This document shows, piece by piece, positions 9,725 through 19,072 of a stretch of DNA of 54,845 nt. The position numbers and the translations under genes were made by a program. Every line of letters begins with the position of its first letter. Within the stretch, counting starts at the first letter, position 1. The stretch lies in assembly GCA_964342875.1 (NCBI GenBank), contig CAYFHI010000003.1:1-54845 (forward strand). The letters run 5' to 3'. Under the pieces are notes generated by a model. It ran no database searches and had not been told where the DNA came from. It saw only the letters and a program-made list of their open reading frames with translations. The DNA is from an uncultured Dehalococcoidaceae bacterium. Its GTDB lineage: Bacteria; Chloroflexota; Dehalococcoidia; Dehalococcoidales; RBG-16-60-22.

Positions 9725-11959
9725 CTAAGAACCCTGCTCTGACTTCAACTTCCCTTGGCTTCCCTCCGTGACCGGCTGCTCCACACGCCCGTTATCAGCT
9801 TTAACGCTGGATTTCTTCGTTACCTCACCCTCAATCCGGGTAACGCCGATTACCCCTTTAGCCGAATCTATCCTCGTCAGGAGACGGCTTAATTGAACCA
9901 GGCCTTTCGTTTCCAGCGTAAGGAGTATTGACACCGTAAGATCATCGTGTTTCGCTAGGTTCACCGAAGTAATATTGACTTTCTCCTCGGCTACAACCGT
10001 GGTAACATCACGCATCAGTCCAACTCTATCCCAGGCTTCCACCTTAACATTGACCGGATACATGGAATCGGTACTCCCCCAATCCGCCGGTACCAACCTA
10101 TCTGTCTCATCCTCATGAGTCACATTGTAGCAATCCTGACGGTGTATTGTCACCCCCCGGCTCCGCGTAACATAGCCAATAATATTATCCCCAGGTAATG
10201 GATGGCAGCACTGCGCCAGATTGGTGACCAGATTACCAACGCCCAGCACCTGAATTTTTGGCGGTAATTTCTTTAAAGGCGTAACTCCGGCTGCAGTCTT
10301 CGATCCCTCCTGCTGCCCGGCAAACTTTATGGCAATCTGATGTGTGGTGATACCTCCGTAGCCAATAGCCGCCAAAAATTCGTCACTATTACTGTAATTA
10401 AACATGGCAGCCAGTTCCTGACGGTCAATTTTTATCCCCAGGCGCTTCAACTCCTTCTCCAGCAGCCCACGACCCTGTTCAATATTTTCCGTCCGTTCCT
10501 GCTTCTTAAACCACTGCCGAATCTTTTCCCGGGCGTGGGATGTCTTTATTTGACCCAGATGCGGGTTCAGCCAGTCACGACTCGGCCCCTTAGTCCCCTT
10601 TGTTGAAATAACCTCGATGACGTCACTGTTTTTTAACTCATAATTAAAAGGCTCCAGTTTACCATTCACCTTGGCGCCGATGCACCGATGCCCCAGCTCC
10701 GTATGAACCCGGTAGGCAAAGTCAAGAGGTGTAGACCCTTTGGGTAAATCCTTTATCTCTCCTTTAGGTGTGTAAACAAAGACCTGGTCAATAAAAATAT
10801 CCGTTTTAACCGATTCCAAGAATTCTTCCGCCCCGGTGAATTCCCGGCGCCAATCAATTAGCTGACGCAGCCAGGTAATTCTCTCCTCAAAGCGTATATC
10901 CTTCTTTTCGCCTTCTTTATAACGCCAGTGAGCGGCTACTCCGTATTCGGACACGTAATGCATCTCGCGGGTGCGGATCTGCACTTCCAGAGGAGTGGTG
11001 CCGAGGCACATCACCGCAGTGTGTAACGCCTGATATCCATTGGGTTTAGGCGTGGCGATATAATCGTCAAATGCATCCGGCAAGAGGTGCCACAGACTGT
11101 GTATCACGCCCACGGCGCTGTAACAGTCAGGCACAGTACCTACCAGTATACGCAGCGCCAGAAGGTCATGTATATCATCGAAGCGCTTGCCCGATATGGA
11201 ATACCGCTCCATCTTCTGATGTATACTGTAAATATGCTTGGGCCTACCGAACATTTCCACCCGCAGATCTACTTTATCAAATTCAGGTTTTAAAATTTTT
11301 ATAACCCGGGCAATAAATCTCTCCCGCTGCTCTAGCCGGGTAGCTACTAGCTTCACGATCTGCTGATATTTCGCCGGTTCCAAATAGCGGAACGATAAAT
11401 CCTCCAACTGCCACTTCAGCTCCCAAATCCCCAGGCGATGGGCTAACGGAGCATATATCTCCAGAGTCTCCCGGGCAATGCTACGCTGTTTCTCCGAAGA
11501 CAAGACTTCCAGCGTGCGCATATTGTGCAGTCTGTCAGCCAACTTTATAAACACCACCCGGAGGTCTTCAGCCATAGCTACCAGCATCTTTCTCAGGTTC
11601 TCGGCCTGTCTTTGACTGGTTACCACTCCGGAGACCGGCAGGGAGACCTTACCCAGCTTTGTAATACCATCAACCAGTTTACTTATTTCCTGACCAAACC
11701 TGGCCTTAAGCTCGGAAATGGGTAGCCCGCAGTCCTCGGGAATATCATGCAGTAAAGCCGCTGCCAGGGAACTGGCGTCAAGCTGAAGCTCCGCCAGGAT
11801 AATAGCCGTCTGTAATGGGTGCTCCAGGAAAGGCCCCCCGGATTTACGCACCTGCCCGCGGTGCGCCTCGGCAGCGAATTTGTAAGCATCTTCCACTACC
11901 GCCATCTTTTCAGGTGAAAGATACTTATCGGCGACCTTTGCGAGTTGATTGAAATCCAT
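9725..11959 (-). CDS. relA: Bifunctional (p)ppGpp synthase/hydrolase (long RSH)
   Basis: HD motif (LLHD), IKLADRLHNMRTL, PKPNGYQALHT, TGS domain DFAYRVHT, CCHP and ACT domain. Confidence 0.96.
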   Translation of the reverse strand: MDFNQLAKVADKYLSPEKMAVVEDAYKFAAEAHRGQVRKSGGPFLEHPLQTAIILAELQLDASSLAAALLHDIPEDCGLPISELKARFGQEISKLVDGITKLGKVSLPVSGVVTSQRQAENLRKMLVAMAEDLRVVFIKLADRLHNMRTLEVLSSEKQRSIARETLEIYAPLAHRLGIWELKWQLEDLSFRYLEPAKYQQIVKLVATRLEQRERFIARVIKILKPEFDKVDLRVEMFGRPKHIYSIHQKMERYSISGKRFDDIHDLLALRILVGTVPDCYSAVGVIHSLWHLLPDAFDDYIATPKPNGYQALHTAVMCLGTTPLEVQIRTREMHYVSEYGVAAHWRYKEGEKKDIRFEERITWLRQLIDWRREFTGAEEFLESVKTDIFIDQVFVYTPKGEIKDLPKGSTPLDFAYRVHTELGHRCIGAKVNGKLEPFNYELKNSDVIEVISTKGTKGPSRDWLNPHLGQIKTSHAREKIRQWFKKQERTENIEQGRGLLEKELKRLGIKIDRQELAAMFNYSNSDEFLAAIGYGGITTHQIAIKFAGQQEGSKTAAGVTPLKKLPPKIQVLGVGNLVTNLAQCCHPLPGDNIIGYVTRSRGVTIHRQDCYNVTHEDETDRLVPADWGSTDSMYPVNVKVEAWDRVGLMRDVTTVVAEEKVNITSVNLAKHDDLTVSILLTLETKGLVQLSRLLTRIDSAKGVIGVTRIEGEVTKKSSVKADNGRVEQPVTEGSQGKLKSEQGS

Positions 11960-12207
11960 TCCCCCACCAGCAACCTGGAATTCAAAGCACTCTCAGCTTA
12001 ATGCACCAGGTTATATACCAGGTTATATATAAGTATAATCCAAGATGGCGTCCACTGTAAAATATTCCCGTTCGTTTTATTTATGATTTTTTAACCTCAC
12101 CCCCTTATGCCTTCCTCCTCTCTAAACTCTCCCTGAAATTTCCCTTTACAAATCCGGCATTAATCCTGTATCCTAGCCTTATATAATAGAAACAGGAGAA
12201 AAATAGA

Positions 12208-13467
12208 TTGTACCGTTTACCACGCGGGACTTCGGATATATTGCCGAGGGAACAGCTCTACTGGCACCACGTTAAACAACACGCATATGATATATGCCGG
12301 CTTTACGGTTATGAGCGCATTGATTCACCCACCTTTGAAGAGACCGGGCTTTTCACCCGCAGCGTGGGGCAGGGCACGGACATTACGGAAAAGGAAATGT
12401 ACACCTTTACCGATAAGGGGAAGAAGAAGATTACGCTCAGACCGGAAGGCACGGCACCGGTCTGCCGGGCTTATCTGGAGCACGGTATGAATAACCTCCC
12501 CCAACCGGTAAAACTATATTATATCGCCTCTATTTTCCGGTATGAAAGGCCCCAGGCGGGAAGGCTGAGACAGCACCACCAATTCGGCTATGAAGCCATC
12601 AGTGATGATGACCCGGCACTTGACGCCGAAGTCATTGATATGGCATGGCAGTTTTTTCGTTCCTTAAACCTTAGCCACCTTTCATTGCAGCTTAACAGCA
12701 TCGGCTGTAAGCAGTGCCGCCCGAACTATTTAACCGCCCTGAAAAAGCACTATGCCAATCAGACCGGTGAACTTTGTGCGGACTGCAAAGTGAGAATAGA
12801 ACGAAATCCCCTTCGCCTTCTCGACTGTAAAGATCCGCAATGCCAGAAAATAGCCGGTACCACCCCCCGGATTACTGAACATCTCTGCCCCCAGTGCGCT
12901 ATACATTTTAATCGACTGAAAGGCTACCTAGAGATGCTTGGTATTCCCTTTGAAGCCAACCATCGTTTGGTACGCGGGCTGGACTATTACACCAGGACCG
13001 TTTTTGAAATTCAGTCTGAGGCATCCGGCGCCCAGAGTACCCTCGGTGGTGGCGGGCGTTATGACGACCTGATTGAGGAGTTGGGAGGAAAACCGACTCC
13101 GGCAATCGGCTTTGCCACCGGAATCGAACGCATAATACTTAACCTGAAAAAGCAGGATATCATTGTTCCTGACCTGCCCCAACCCCGGGTATTTATTGCT
13201 CATATGGATAATGTCGCCAAGGAAGCGGCGATAAAACTGGCTTCCCGGTTAAGGCGTGCGGGCATCGGCGTGCTAATGGCGAGCCGCGGTAAGAGCCTGA
13301 AAGCCCAGCTGAGGCAGGCAAATACCCTAGGCATGCGCCAAGCGTTAATTATTGGTGATGAGGAATTAAAGAGCGATACGGCTACCCTGCGGGATATGCA
13401 AAACTCCCGCCAGCAAAACGTCCCTTTTGATAAACTGCCGGAATTCCTCAGGAAAATGGCGCTTTAA
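12208..13467 (+). CDS. hisS: Histidine--tRNA ligase
   Basis: PRGTSD, LRPEGTA, FRYERPQAGR, LVRGLDYY and GGGGRYD motifs. Confidence 0.97.
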   Translation: MYRLPRGTSDILPREQLYWHHVKQHAYDICRLYGYERIDSPTFEETGLFTRSVGQGTDITEKEMYTFTDKGKKKITLRPEGTAPVCRAYLEHGMNNLPQPVKLYYIASIFRYERPQAGRLRQHHQFGYEAISDDDPALDAEVIDMAWQFFRSLNLSHLSLQLNSIGCKQCRPNYLTALKKHYANQTGELCADCKVRIERNPLRLLDCKDPQCQKIAGTTPRITEHLCPQCAIHFNRLKGYLEMLGIPFEANHRLVRGLDYYTRTVFEIQSEASGAQSTLGGGGRYDDLIEELGGKPTPAIGFATGIERIILNLKKQDIIVPDLPQPRVFIAHMDNVAKEAAIKLASRLRRAGIGVLMASRGKSLKAQLRQANTLGMRQALIIGDEELKSDTATLRDMQNSRQQNVPFDKLPEFLRKMAL

Positions 13468-13509
13468 TGATGAATTTACATAAATTTTTCCAAATTTATG
13501 TCAAAAGAC

Positions 13510-13538
13510 TTGACAAACGGAGAATTTAAGTTTATAGT
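13510..13538 (+). promoter_or_regulatory. Sigma70-type promoter of the surface-protein gene
   Basis: TTGACA, 17-nt spacer, TATAGT, about 210 nt upstream of the start codon. Confidence 0.7.
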
Positions 13539-13748
13539 TAGTTTTAATTGTACCAGGGTAGAGGTACGCCATTAAAAGGAGGTGATGTTATGTTAAGAAC
13601 CCGCAAGGGGAAATAGGGCTAGATGGCTCGAAAAACGGATTTAACAGTAGATATGTCTCCACAAAAGAGATAAAAGAAAGTTACATCTTTATTTGTGGGG
13701 GTATAGTTATAGTAAGAACAAATCAATTTAAGGAGAATTTAAAGGTCG

Positions 13749-16700
13749 ATGAAAAAGAAAATATCTAAAATATTTGGTGTTGGGCTTTCGGTCGTACTTA
13801 TGGTCAGCCTGCTCTCGTTTGCGGCTCCCATGTCCGTGTCACCCGCATCCGCGGCTAACCTTTCCTTCACTACGGAGACCATCCCCTCCACCACCAACAA
13901 TGTCACTATAACAGGAAGCTCAATTAATATTACTGACATTGCCGTTGGCGGAGACGGGAATTTCCTCATGGCCGGCACCGGTAATACTACTACCGTATTT
14001 TATTCAACTGACCGCGGCGACACTTGGAAAACCTTCAGTGGCACTACCGACATCAATCTGGTGGCAGTAGCCCCTGACGATAATGACATTATGGTCTGGG
14101 CCGACACTACCCAATCGCAAGTCTATTCCACCACTTCCGGTGGAACCTTCACCTCCAGCCTGGGCGTGCCGACCAACTGCACCAGTATTTCCGATCTCGC
14201 TATCTCGGCGGGCAGGTTCGGGTCACACCGAGTTGCCGTTTCCGGGTACAGTACGAATATCAGTGTTGGAACTAACGGAGGAGCCGAGGTCTGGGAATAC
14301 GAAATCGGCAGCGCGGCCCCATCGTGGACACAGCTAAGCACCAAGTTTGGCTACGGCGGTGGAGTAACCATGACAGCATCCAACTCGACAGCTCCCGCTA
14401 TTGCCTACTCGCCCAACTTCGCTTCCGATGAAGTCCTAGTTGCCTTAACCGTGGCTTTCGGCGCCTCTGACAACCTCAATATCGAGATGTACAGTTACGA
14501 TGCCTCGAAGTGGAATTCAGACGGCGCTGGCTTCACCAACTACCCGGTAGCCTTGGACACGACTACTACCCTCACAGGAATCAACACAGGATCACTTGCG
14601 CTGTCGCCGGACTACGTAGGCAGCGATAGTTCCTACCGTGTTGCCTTTGTCGGTTTGGATGCTGTTACCGACACCGGGTTGAACGGAATCTACCTCGCTG
14701 AAGACGATTCCATAACCGAACTCAAGGTTGGCGCATCCATCACGACACAGAGCGTGGCTTATAACGGTTCTACTCTCGTCGCGGGCAGGAACGATGCCAC
14801 CACCACTTACTACTGCCTCGACCCGCTAGCGATATCACCCACTGTTTCTACTACCTCCAGCCTGAAGAGCCCGTCTGGTTCAACTAACACGACACTTGCC
14901 TGGGCGGGCGACGACATATTAGCCGTTGCCACAGGTGATGACATGGGTCTATCCAAGTCCTCTAACAACGGCAAGAGTTGGAACCAAGTCAGCCTCATTG
15001 ACACCGAAGTCACCACCCTAACGGGCGTAGCCGTCTCCCCCGATGGCAGCCGTATCTACTTGGCCCACGACGACGCCGACTCCACCGGTGACGCGAACGT
15101 CTGGCGCAAGGACGACGACGGTTGGAAGAGAATTCTTAACGTTGGGAGCAAAACCGGGCTCATCATTCGCGTAGCTCCCGATGACACTGACACCATCTAC
15201 GTGGCTGACACGGGCGCCACTACAATGTACTACAGCAGTGATGCCGGCGATATCCGCTGGCAACAACGCACCGCCACATTTGCCGTTCAGGACCTGGCAG
15301 TAGAAGGTGACGGTGATACCGCTTACATACTCCGCAACTCAGATGGCAAAGTAAGCAAGTCAACCAATGGAGGTTTCACTTGGGGAACCGCCAAGGACAC
15401 CTTGCTCGCCGGCGGTCAAATGATCAAAAGCCTCAGCGAGGGCAACCTGATTGTCGGCTCCGATGATGGCTGGGTATCTTACTCCTCGGACAGCGGCGAC
15501 AACTGGACCAAGATCCCCAAGATAGTTGATAGCACCTCCACTGGCGCTGTTCAGGTGACCGCCACCGGACTAGCAGACGGTGATTTCATCTACGCAAGTT
15601 CGGTCGCCGCCTCTGATAAGTTCTACCGCTGGGAGATTGGCGAAAGCGTTGCCTGGAAGGACATCAGCACTTATGCCAGCCTGGCGGGTGACGTCACCGG
15701 CGTGAAGATGTGGGATGGAGACATCTACGTGATGTCGGATGATAACTCCGACTCCACAATTTCACTGTCCACATACCCAGCGCTGAAACCTACTGTGTAC
15801 TGGGGCTCCACTACTTCCACGGCGTTGTTTGACAAGACTCCGCAGTCATTTACCGTCAGCACAGATGCCAACGGGGATGACAAGATCTGGGCGATTGACA
15901 ACGAAAATGAAGCCCTCTTAAGCATGGTCAATTCCCTCAGAAACCTGCAAACGACGGCAGTTAGTCCCGCAGAAGGCGCCGAAGTCAATATTAACTCCGT
16001 TTCAGGTACGGTAGATAGCGTAAGCTTTAACTGGGAGCGACCGGTTGACGATGTCACCAGCTATGATCTCGATGTTGCTCTTGACCCGGACTTCGACCAG
16101 CAAGTAGCTGACTCCCTCAACAAAGACGAGGCCGGGACACCAGTAAACTACGTCTATACCGGCAGTAACACCAGCGAGACCCCGCTTTTGCCCGGCACAA
16201 CCTACTACTGGAGAGTCAGGGCAGACGCACCTCTCAAAGGGGCTTACTCTGATGTACGCTCCTTCACCGTTACGTCTCTGGAAGCAGAAGCAGCTCCACC
16301 TGCAGCACCTGAAGGACCCGCCGTACTGGCACCGGTAAATGGCGCCGCTGCAACAGCCCCAACGCCATCCTTCTCCTGGGCCCCGGTGAATGGCACTACT
16401 GAGTACCAGTTCAAGTTAGCCGACAACGTAGCTTTGGGTAACCCCATAGCTGACGTCAAAGTGAAGACCACCGGCTATGCCCTCACCAAAGCACTTGAAG
16501 AGGGTAAGACCTACTACTGGGCAGTTAAACCACTGGCGCCGATAGAAGGTAGCTGGTCATCGCTGGCTAACTTCACGGTAAAGACGACCCCACCACCACC
16601 GGCACCACCACCAGCAGCAGCACCACCGGTAGTGATCAAGGAAGTCCCGGCACCGGTAATAAACATACCGGCGCCACCGCCAGCACAAGAAATCGTTATC

Positions 16701-16823
16701 CCGCCGCCACCACCGGCACCGGCACCGATTACACCTGCCTACATCTGGGCAATAATCATCATTGGTGCAGTTCTTGTGATCGCGGTGATCGTCCTGATTG
16801 TCAGGACCAGACGAGCTGTCTGA
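13749..16823 (+). CDS. Large cell-surface (probable S-layer-type) protein: signal peptide, Asp-box/BNR propeller repeats, Fn3-like domains, Pro-rich linker, C-terminal TM anchor
   Basis: Signal peptide MKKKISKIFGV...; Asp-boxes STDRGDTW, SSNNGKSW, STNGGFTW, SSDSGDNW; PGTTYYWRV and GKTYYWAV; PAYIWAIIIIGAVLVIAVIVLIVRTRR. Confidence 0.8.
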   Translation: MKKKISKIFGVGLSVVLMVSLLSFAAPMSVSPASAANLSFTTETIPSTTNNVTITGSSINITDIAVGGDGNFLMAGTGNTTTVFYSTDRGDTWKTFSGTTDINLVAVAPDDNDIMVWADTTQSQVYSTTSGGTFTSSLGVPTNCTSISDLAISAGRFGSHRVAVSGYSTNISVGTNGGAEVWEYEIGSAAPSWTQLSTKFGYGGGVTMTASNSTAPAIAYSPNFASDEVLVALTVAFGASDNLNIEMYSYDASKWNSDGAGFTNYPVALDTTTTLTGINTGSLALSPDYVGSDSSYRVAFVGLDAVTDTGLNGIYLAEDDSITELKVGASITTQSVAYNGSTLVAGRNDATTTYYCLDPLAISPTVSTTSSLKSPSGSTNTTLAWAGDDILAVATGDDMGLSKSSNNGKSWNQVSLIDTEVTTLTGVAVSPDGSRIYLAHDDADSTGDANVWRKDDDGWKRILNVGSKTGLIIRVAPDDTDTIYVADTGATTMYYSSDAGDIRWQQRTATFAVQDLAVEGDGDTAYILRNSDGKVSKSTNGGFTWGTAKDTLLAGGQMIKSLSEGNLIVGSDDGWVSYSSDSGDNWTKIPKIVDSTSTGAVQVTATGLADGDFIYASSVAASDKFYRWEIGESVAWKDISTYASLAGDVTGVKMWDGDIYVMSDDNSDSTISLSTYPALKPTVYWGSTTSTALFDKTPQSFTVSTDANGDDKIWAIDNENEALLSMVNSLRNLQTTAVSPAEGAEVNINSVSGTVDSVSFNWERPVDDVTSYDLDVALDPDFDQQVADSLNKDEAGTPVNYVYTGSNTSETPLLPGTTYYWRVRADAPLKGAYSDVRSFTVTSLEAEAAPPAAPEGPAVLAPVNGAAATAPTPSFSWAPVNGTTEYQFKLADNVALGNPIADVKVKTTGYALTKALEEGKTYYWAVKPLAPIEGSWSSLANFTVKTTPPPPAPPPAAAPPVVIKEVPAPVINIPAPPPAQEIVIPPPPPAPAPITPAYIWAIIIIGAVLVIAVIVLIVRTRRAV

Positions 16824-16855
16824 TTCCGACCTGACGGATAACATTCCGATTCTCC

Positions 16856-16890
16856 GAGAGCCTCCCGAAATTCGGGAGGCTCTCTCTTTT
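16856..16890 (+). terminator. Rho-independent terminator
   Basis: GAGAGCCTCCCGA-AAT-TCGGGAGGCTCTC followed by TCTTTT. Confidence 0.9.
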
Positions 16891-16921
16891 ACCCTTCTTT
16901 TACTCAATAACAGAACTGGCG

Positions 16922-17473
16922 ATGGCAAAAGGCAGAATCTCAACGTTGGCTAGAAACAGACCAGGCGTCGGCAGCGGTAAACAGAATCCTGGCAGCAGAG
17001 CAGACCTGGCATCGGCAGAAGCCCAAGTCTCGACTCTCGAAGCGGAAGTTTCAGCGCTGGAAACGACTCAGGCAGCAGAAGTACCTGAAGTAACTTTCAT
17101 TGAGCCCGGATTTGGAAGTGCCATTCGTTCCGGTCCTATTTATCCGTCTGGCCTCGAGTCCCTCACCAGCCTTGATTGTTCTAATTCTGGCGCTACTATC
17201 ATCATGCTCTCCGGACTGGAATAGTGCCTAAACCTGGAGCAGCTCGAAGCTTTTAATAACGATATCATGGATCTCTCATCCCTGACCGGTCTTATTAAAC
17301 TGAAAACTCTCCTCTTAAGTAACACCGACGTCAGCGATATAAAAGCACTAGTTGATAATAAAGGGCTTTCAATTGGAGACTCTGTGTACTTGGATAATTA
17401 TCCCTTGAGCTTACAATCAATATTCACGCATATCCCTGATCTTAAGGCAAGAGGTGTCAAAGTCTACAGATGA
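16922..17473 (+). pseudogene. Internalin-type leucine-rich-repeat protein remnant with an in-frame TAG
   Basis: ORFs 16922-17224 and 17267-17473 share one frame: ...LSGLE*CLNLEQLEAFNNDIMDLSSLTGLIKLKTLLLSNTDVSDIKALVDN...; TAG at 17222-17224; no signal peptide or credible start. Confidence 0.75.
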
Positions 17474-17662
17474 TTAATCTTCTCAGATGAATAATGAGGA
17501 AGTATTCCAGCTCTACGATAACTTTGTATGGTGCTATATAGCACGAGTAAAAAACTTCCTTGAGCTAGTTAAATACTCTTGACCGTGGTTGGCGCCGCAG
17601 CCACTGCTTCCTATTTCGGCTCTTCCTCGGCAGTTTCTGCTGACCGTAGAATAGAGGTATAA

Positions 17663-18907
17663 TTACCCTCCTCTACCCTCCCCATCGGTCTTCACCAGGT
17701 AGGCATCCCTTCCGCCTGCGCCGTAGGAATGTGTCTCACCGGCGATGATGTAGCCGCCGTCCGCGGTCTGCTCTACCGAGTAGGCCACATCATCGTTCTC
17801 ACCACCGAAAGTCCGGTACCACTTTTCGTTCCCTTTCCCATCGGTCTTTACCAGGTAGGCATCTCTTTCGCCTGCGCCGTAGGAATGTGTCTCACCGGCG
17901 ATGATGTAGCCGCCGTCCACCGTAGGCTCGTTAACGAAGGTCTGCCGTACCGAGTAGGCTATATCATTGTCCTCACCACCGAAAGTCCGGTACCACTCCT
18001 CGTTCCCTTTCCCATCGGTCTTCACCAGGTAGGCATCCCTTTCGCCTGCTCCGTAGGAATATGTGTGACCGGCGATGATGTAGCCGCCGTCCGCGGTCTG
18101 CTCTACCGAGTAGGCATATTCAGGTTTATCGCCACCGAAAGTCCGGTACCACTCCTCGTTCCCTTTCCCATCGGTCTTCACCAGGTAGGCATCCCTTTCG
18201 CCTGCTCCGTAGGACTTTGTGTGACCGGCGATGATGTAGCCGCCGTCCGCGGTCTGCCGTACCGATTGGGCATATTCTTCTTTATCGCCGCCAAAGGTCT
18301 GGTACCACTCTTCGTTCCCTTCCCCATCGGTCTTCACCAGGTAGGCATCCGCTCCGCCTACGCCGGGGGCATATGTGTAACCGGCGATGATGTAGCCGCC
18401 GTCCGCGGTCTGCCGTACCGAGTGGACTGAATCATCTTGCTCACCACCGAAAGTCCGGTGCCACTCTAGGTTCCCTTCCCCATCGGTCTTCACCAGGTAG
18501 GCATACCTGTCACCTACGCCGGGGGAATAGGAATATGTGTTACCGGCGATGATGTAGCCGCCGTCCGCGGTCTGCTGTACCGAGTAGGCATATTCTCCTT
18601 TATCGCCGCCAAAGGTCCGGTACCACTCTTCGTTCCTTTTCCCATCGGTCTTCACCAGGTAGGCATCCCCTTCGCCTGCGCCGTAGGAATATGTGTAACC
18701 GGCGATGATGTAGCCGCCGTCCGCGGTCTGCTGTACCGATTGGGCAGATTCATGTTTGCCGCCGCCAAAGGCCTCCTCTGTCGAGGGCTTCTTAGCATCG
18801 GTAATTCTTCCCTTACCCGCATCTGAGTCTGAAAAGAAAACCACAACGAGCCAGATCATAACGGCTACCAGAATTAGAACCAAAGCTACTTTTACCCACT
18901 TTCTCAT
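17663..18907 (-). CDS. Membrane-anchored/secreted beta-propeller protein with 7 near-identical ~52-aa repeats
   Basis: N-terminal TM helix (VALVLILVAVMIWLVVVFF), then 7 copies of QTADGGYIIAG...AYLVKTDG.GN..W.RTFGG. Confidence 0.85.
   Translation of the reverse strand: MRKWVKVALVLILVAVMIWLVVVFFSDSDAGKGRITDAKKPSTEEAFGGGKHESAQSVQQTADGGYIIAGYTYSYGAGEGDAYLVKTDGKRNEEWYRTFGGDKGEYAYSVQQTADGGYIIAGNTYSYSPGVGDRYAYLVKTDGEGNLEWHRTFGGEQDDSVHSVRQTADGGYIIAGYTYAPGVGGADAYLVKTDGEGNEEWYQTFGGDKEEYAQSVRQTADGGYIIAGHTKSYGAGERDAYLVKTDGKGNEEWYRTFGGDKPEYAYSVEQTADGGYIIAGHTYSYGAGERDAYLVKTDGKGNEEWYRTFGGEDNDIAYSVRQTFVNEPTVDGGYIIAGETHSYGAGERDAYLVKTDGKGNEKWYRTFGGENDDVAYSVEQTADGGYIIAGETHSYGAGGRDAYLVKTDGEGRGG
17680..18770 (-). 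repeat. Intragenic tandem repeat with a ~156-bp unit, 7 copies
   Basis: Blocks such as GGCGATGATGTAGCCGCCGTCC and CCCATCGGTCTTCACCAGGTAGGCAT recur almost unchanged. Confidence 0.95.
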
Positions 18908-19007
18908 GATTTCACACCTACCCAATGATTGCATACATACTAGCTTGCAGAATTCCTTAGTTATACGTTACCATCCGTCTTTCAAGTAAGTCAATCTTCT
19001 TGGGATT

Positions 19008-19047
19008 AATACGCAATAGAGTATTGACGTAATTACGCATTTACGCT
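19008..19047 (+). repeat. 8-bp-period repeat array 1 over the parA promoter
   Basis: AATACGCA ATAGAGTA TTGACGTA ATTACGCA TTTACGCT. Confidence 0.75.
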
Positions 19048-19052
19048 ATACT
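19024..19052 (+). promoter_or_regulatory. Sigma70 promoter of the parA operon
   Basis: TTGACG (19024-19029), 17-nt spacer, TATACT (19047-19052); RBS GAGG before ATG 19073. Confidence 0.8.
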
Positions 19053-19072
19053 AATATTAAGAGGAACGACAT

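Noticed and set aside
16585-16735. CCACCA/GCACCG low-complexity repeats
   Set aside because: They simply encode the Pro/Ala stalk of the surface protein.
17222-17224. In-frame TAG as possible pyrrolysine or readthrough
   Set aside because: Position corresponds to a Tyr in LRR-cap motifs (one substitution), the gene shows other decay, and there are no pyl genes in the window.
17729-18430. 233-aa plus-strand repetitive ORF
   Set aside because: Antisense shadow of the propeller gene; it stays open because the repeat unit lacks stops in that frame.
17680-18770. Regularly spaced identical DNA blocks resembling a CRISPR array or a DGR template/variable repeat
   Set aside because: Units are in-frame protein repeats with homologous 'spacers'; no cas or reverse transcriptase gene in the window.
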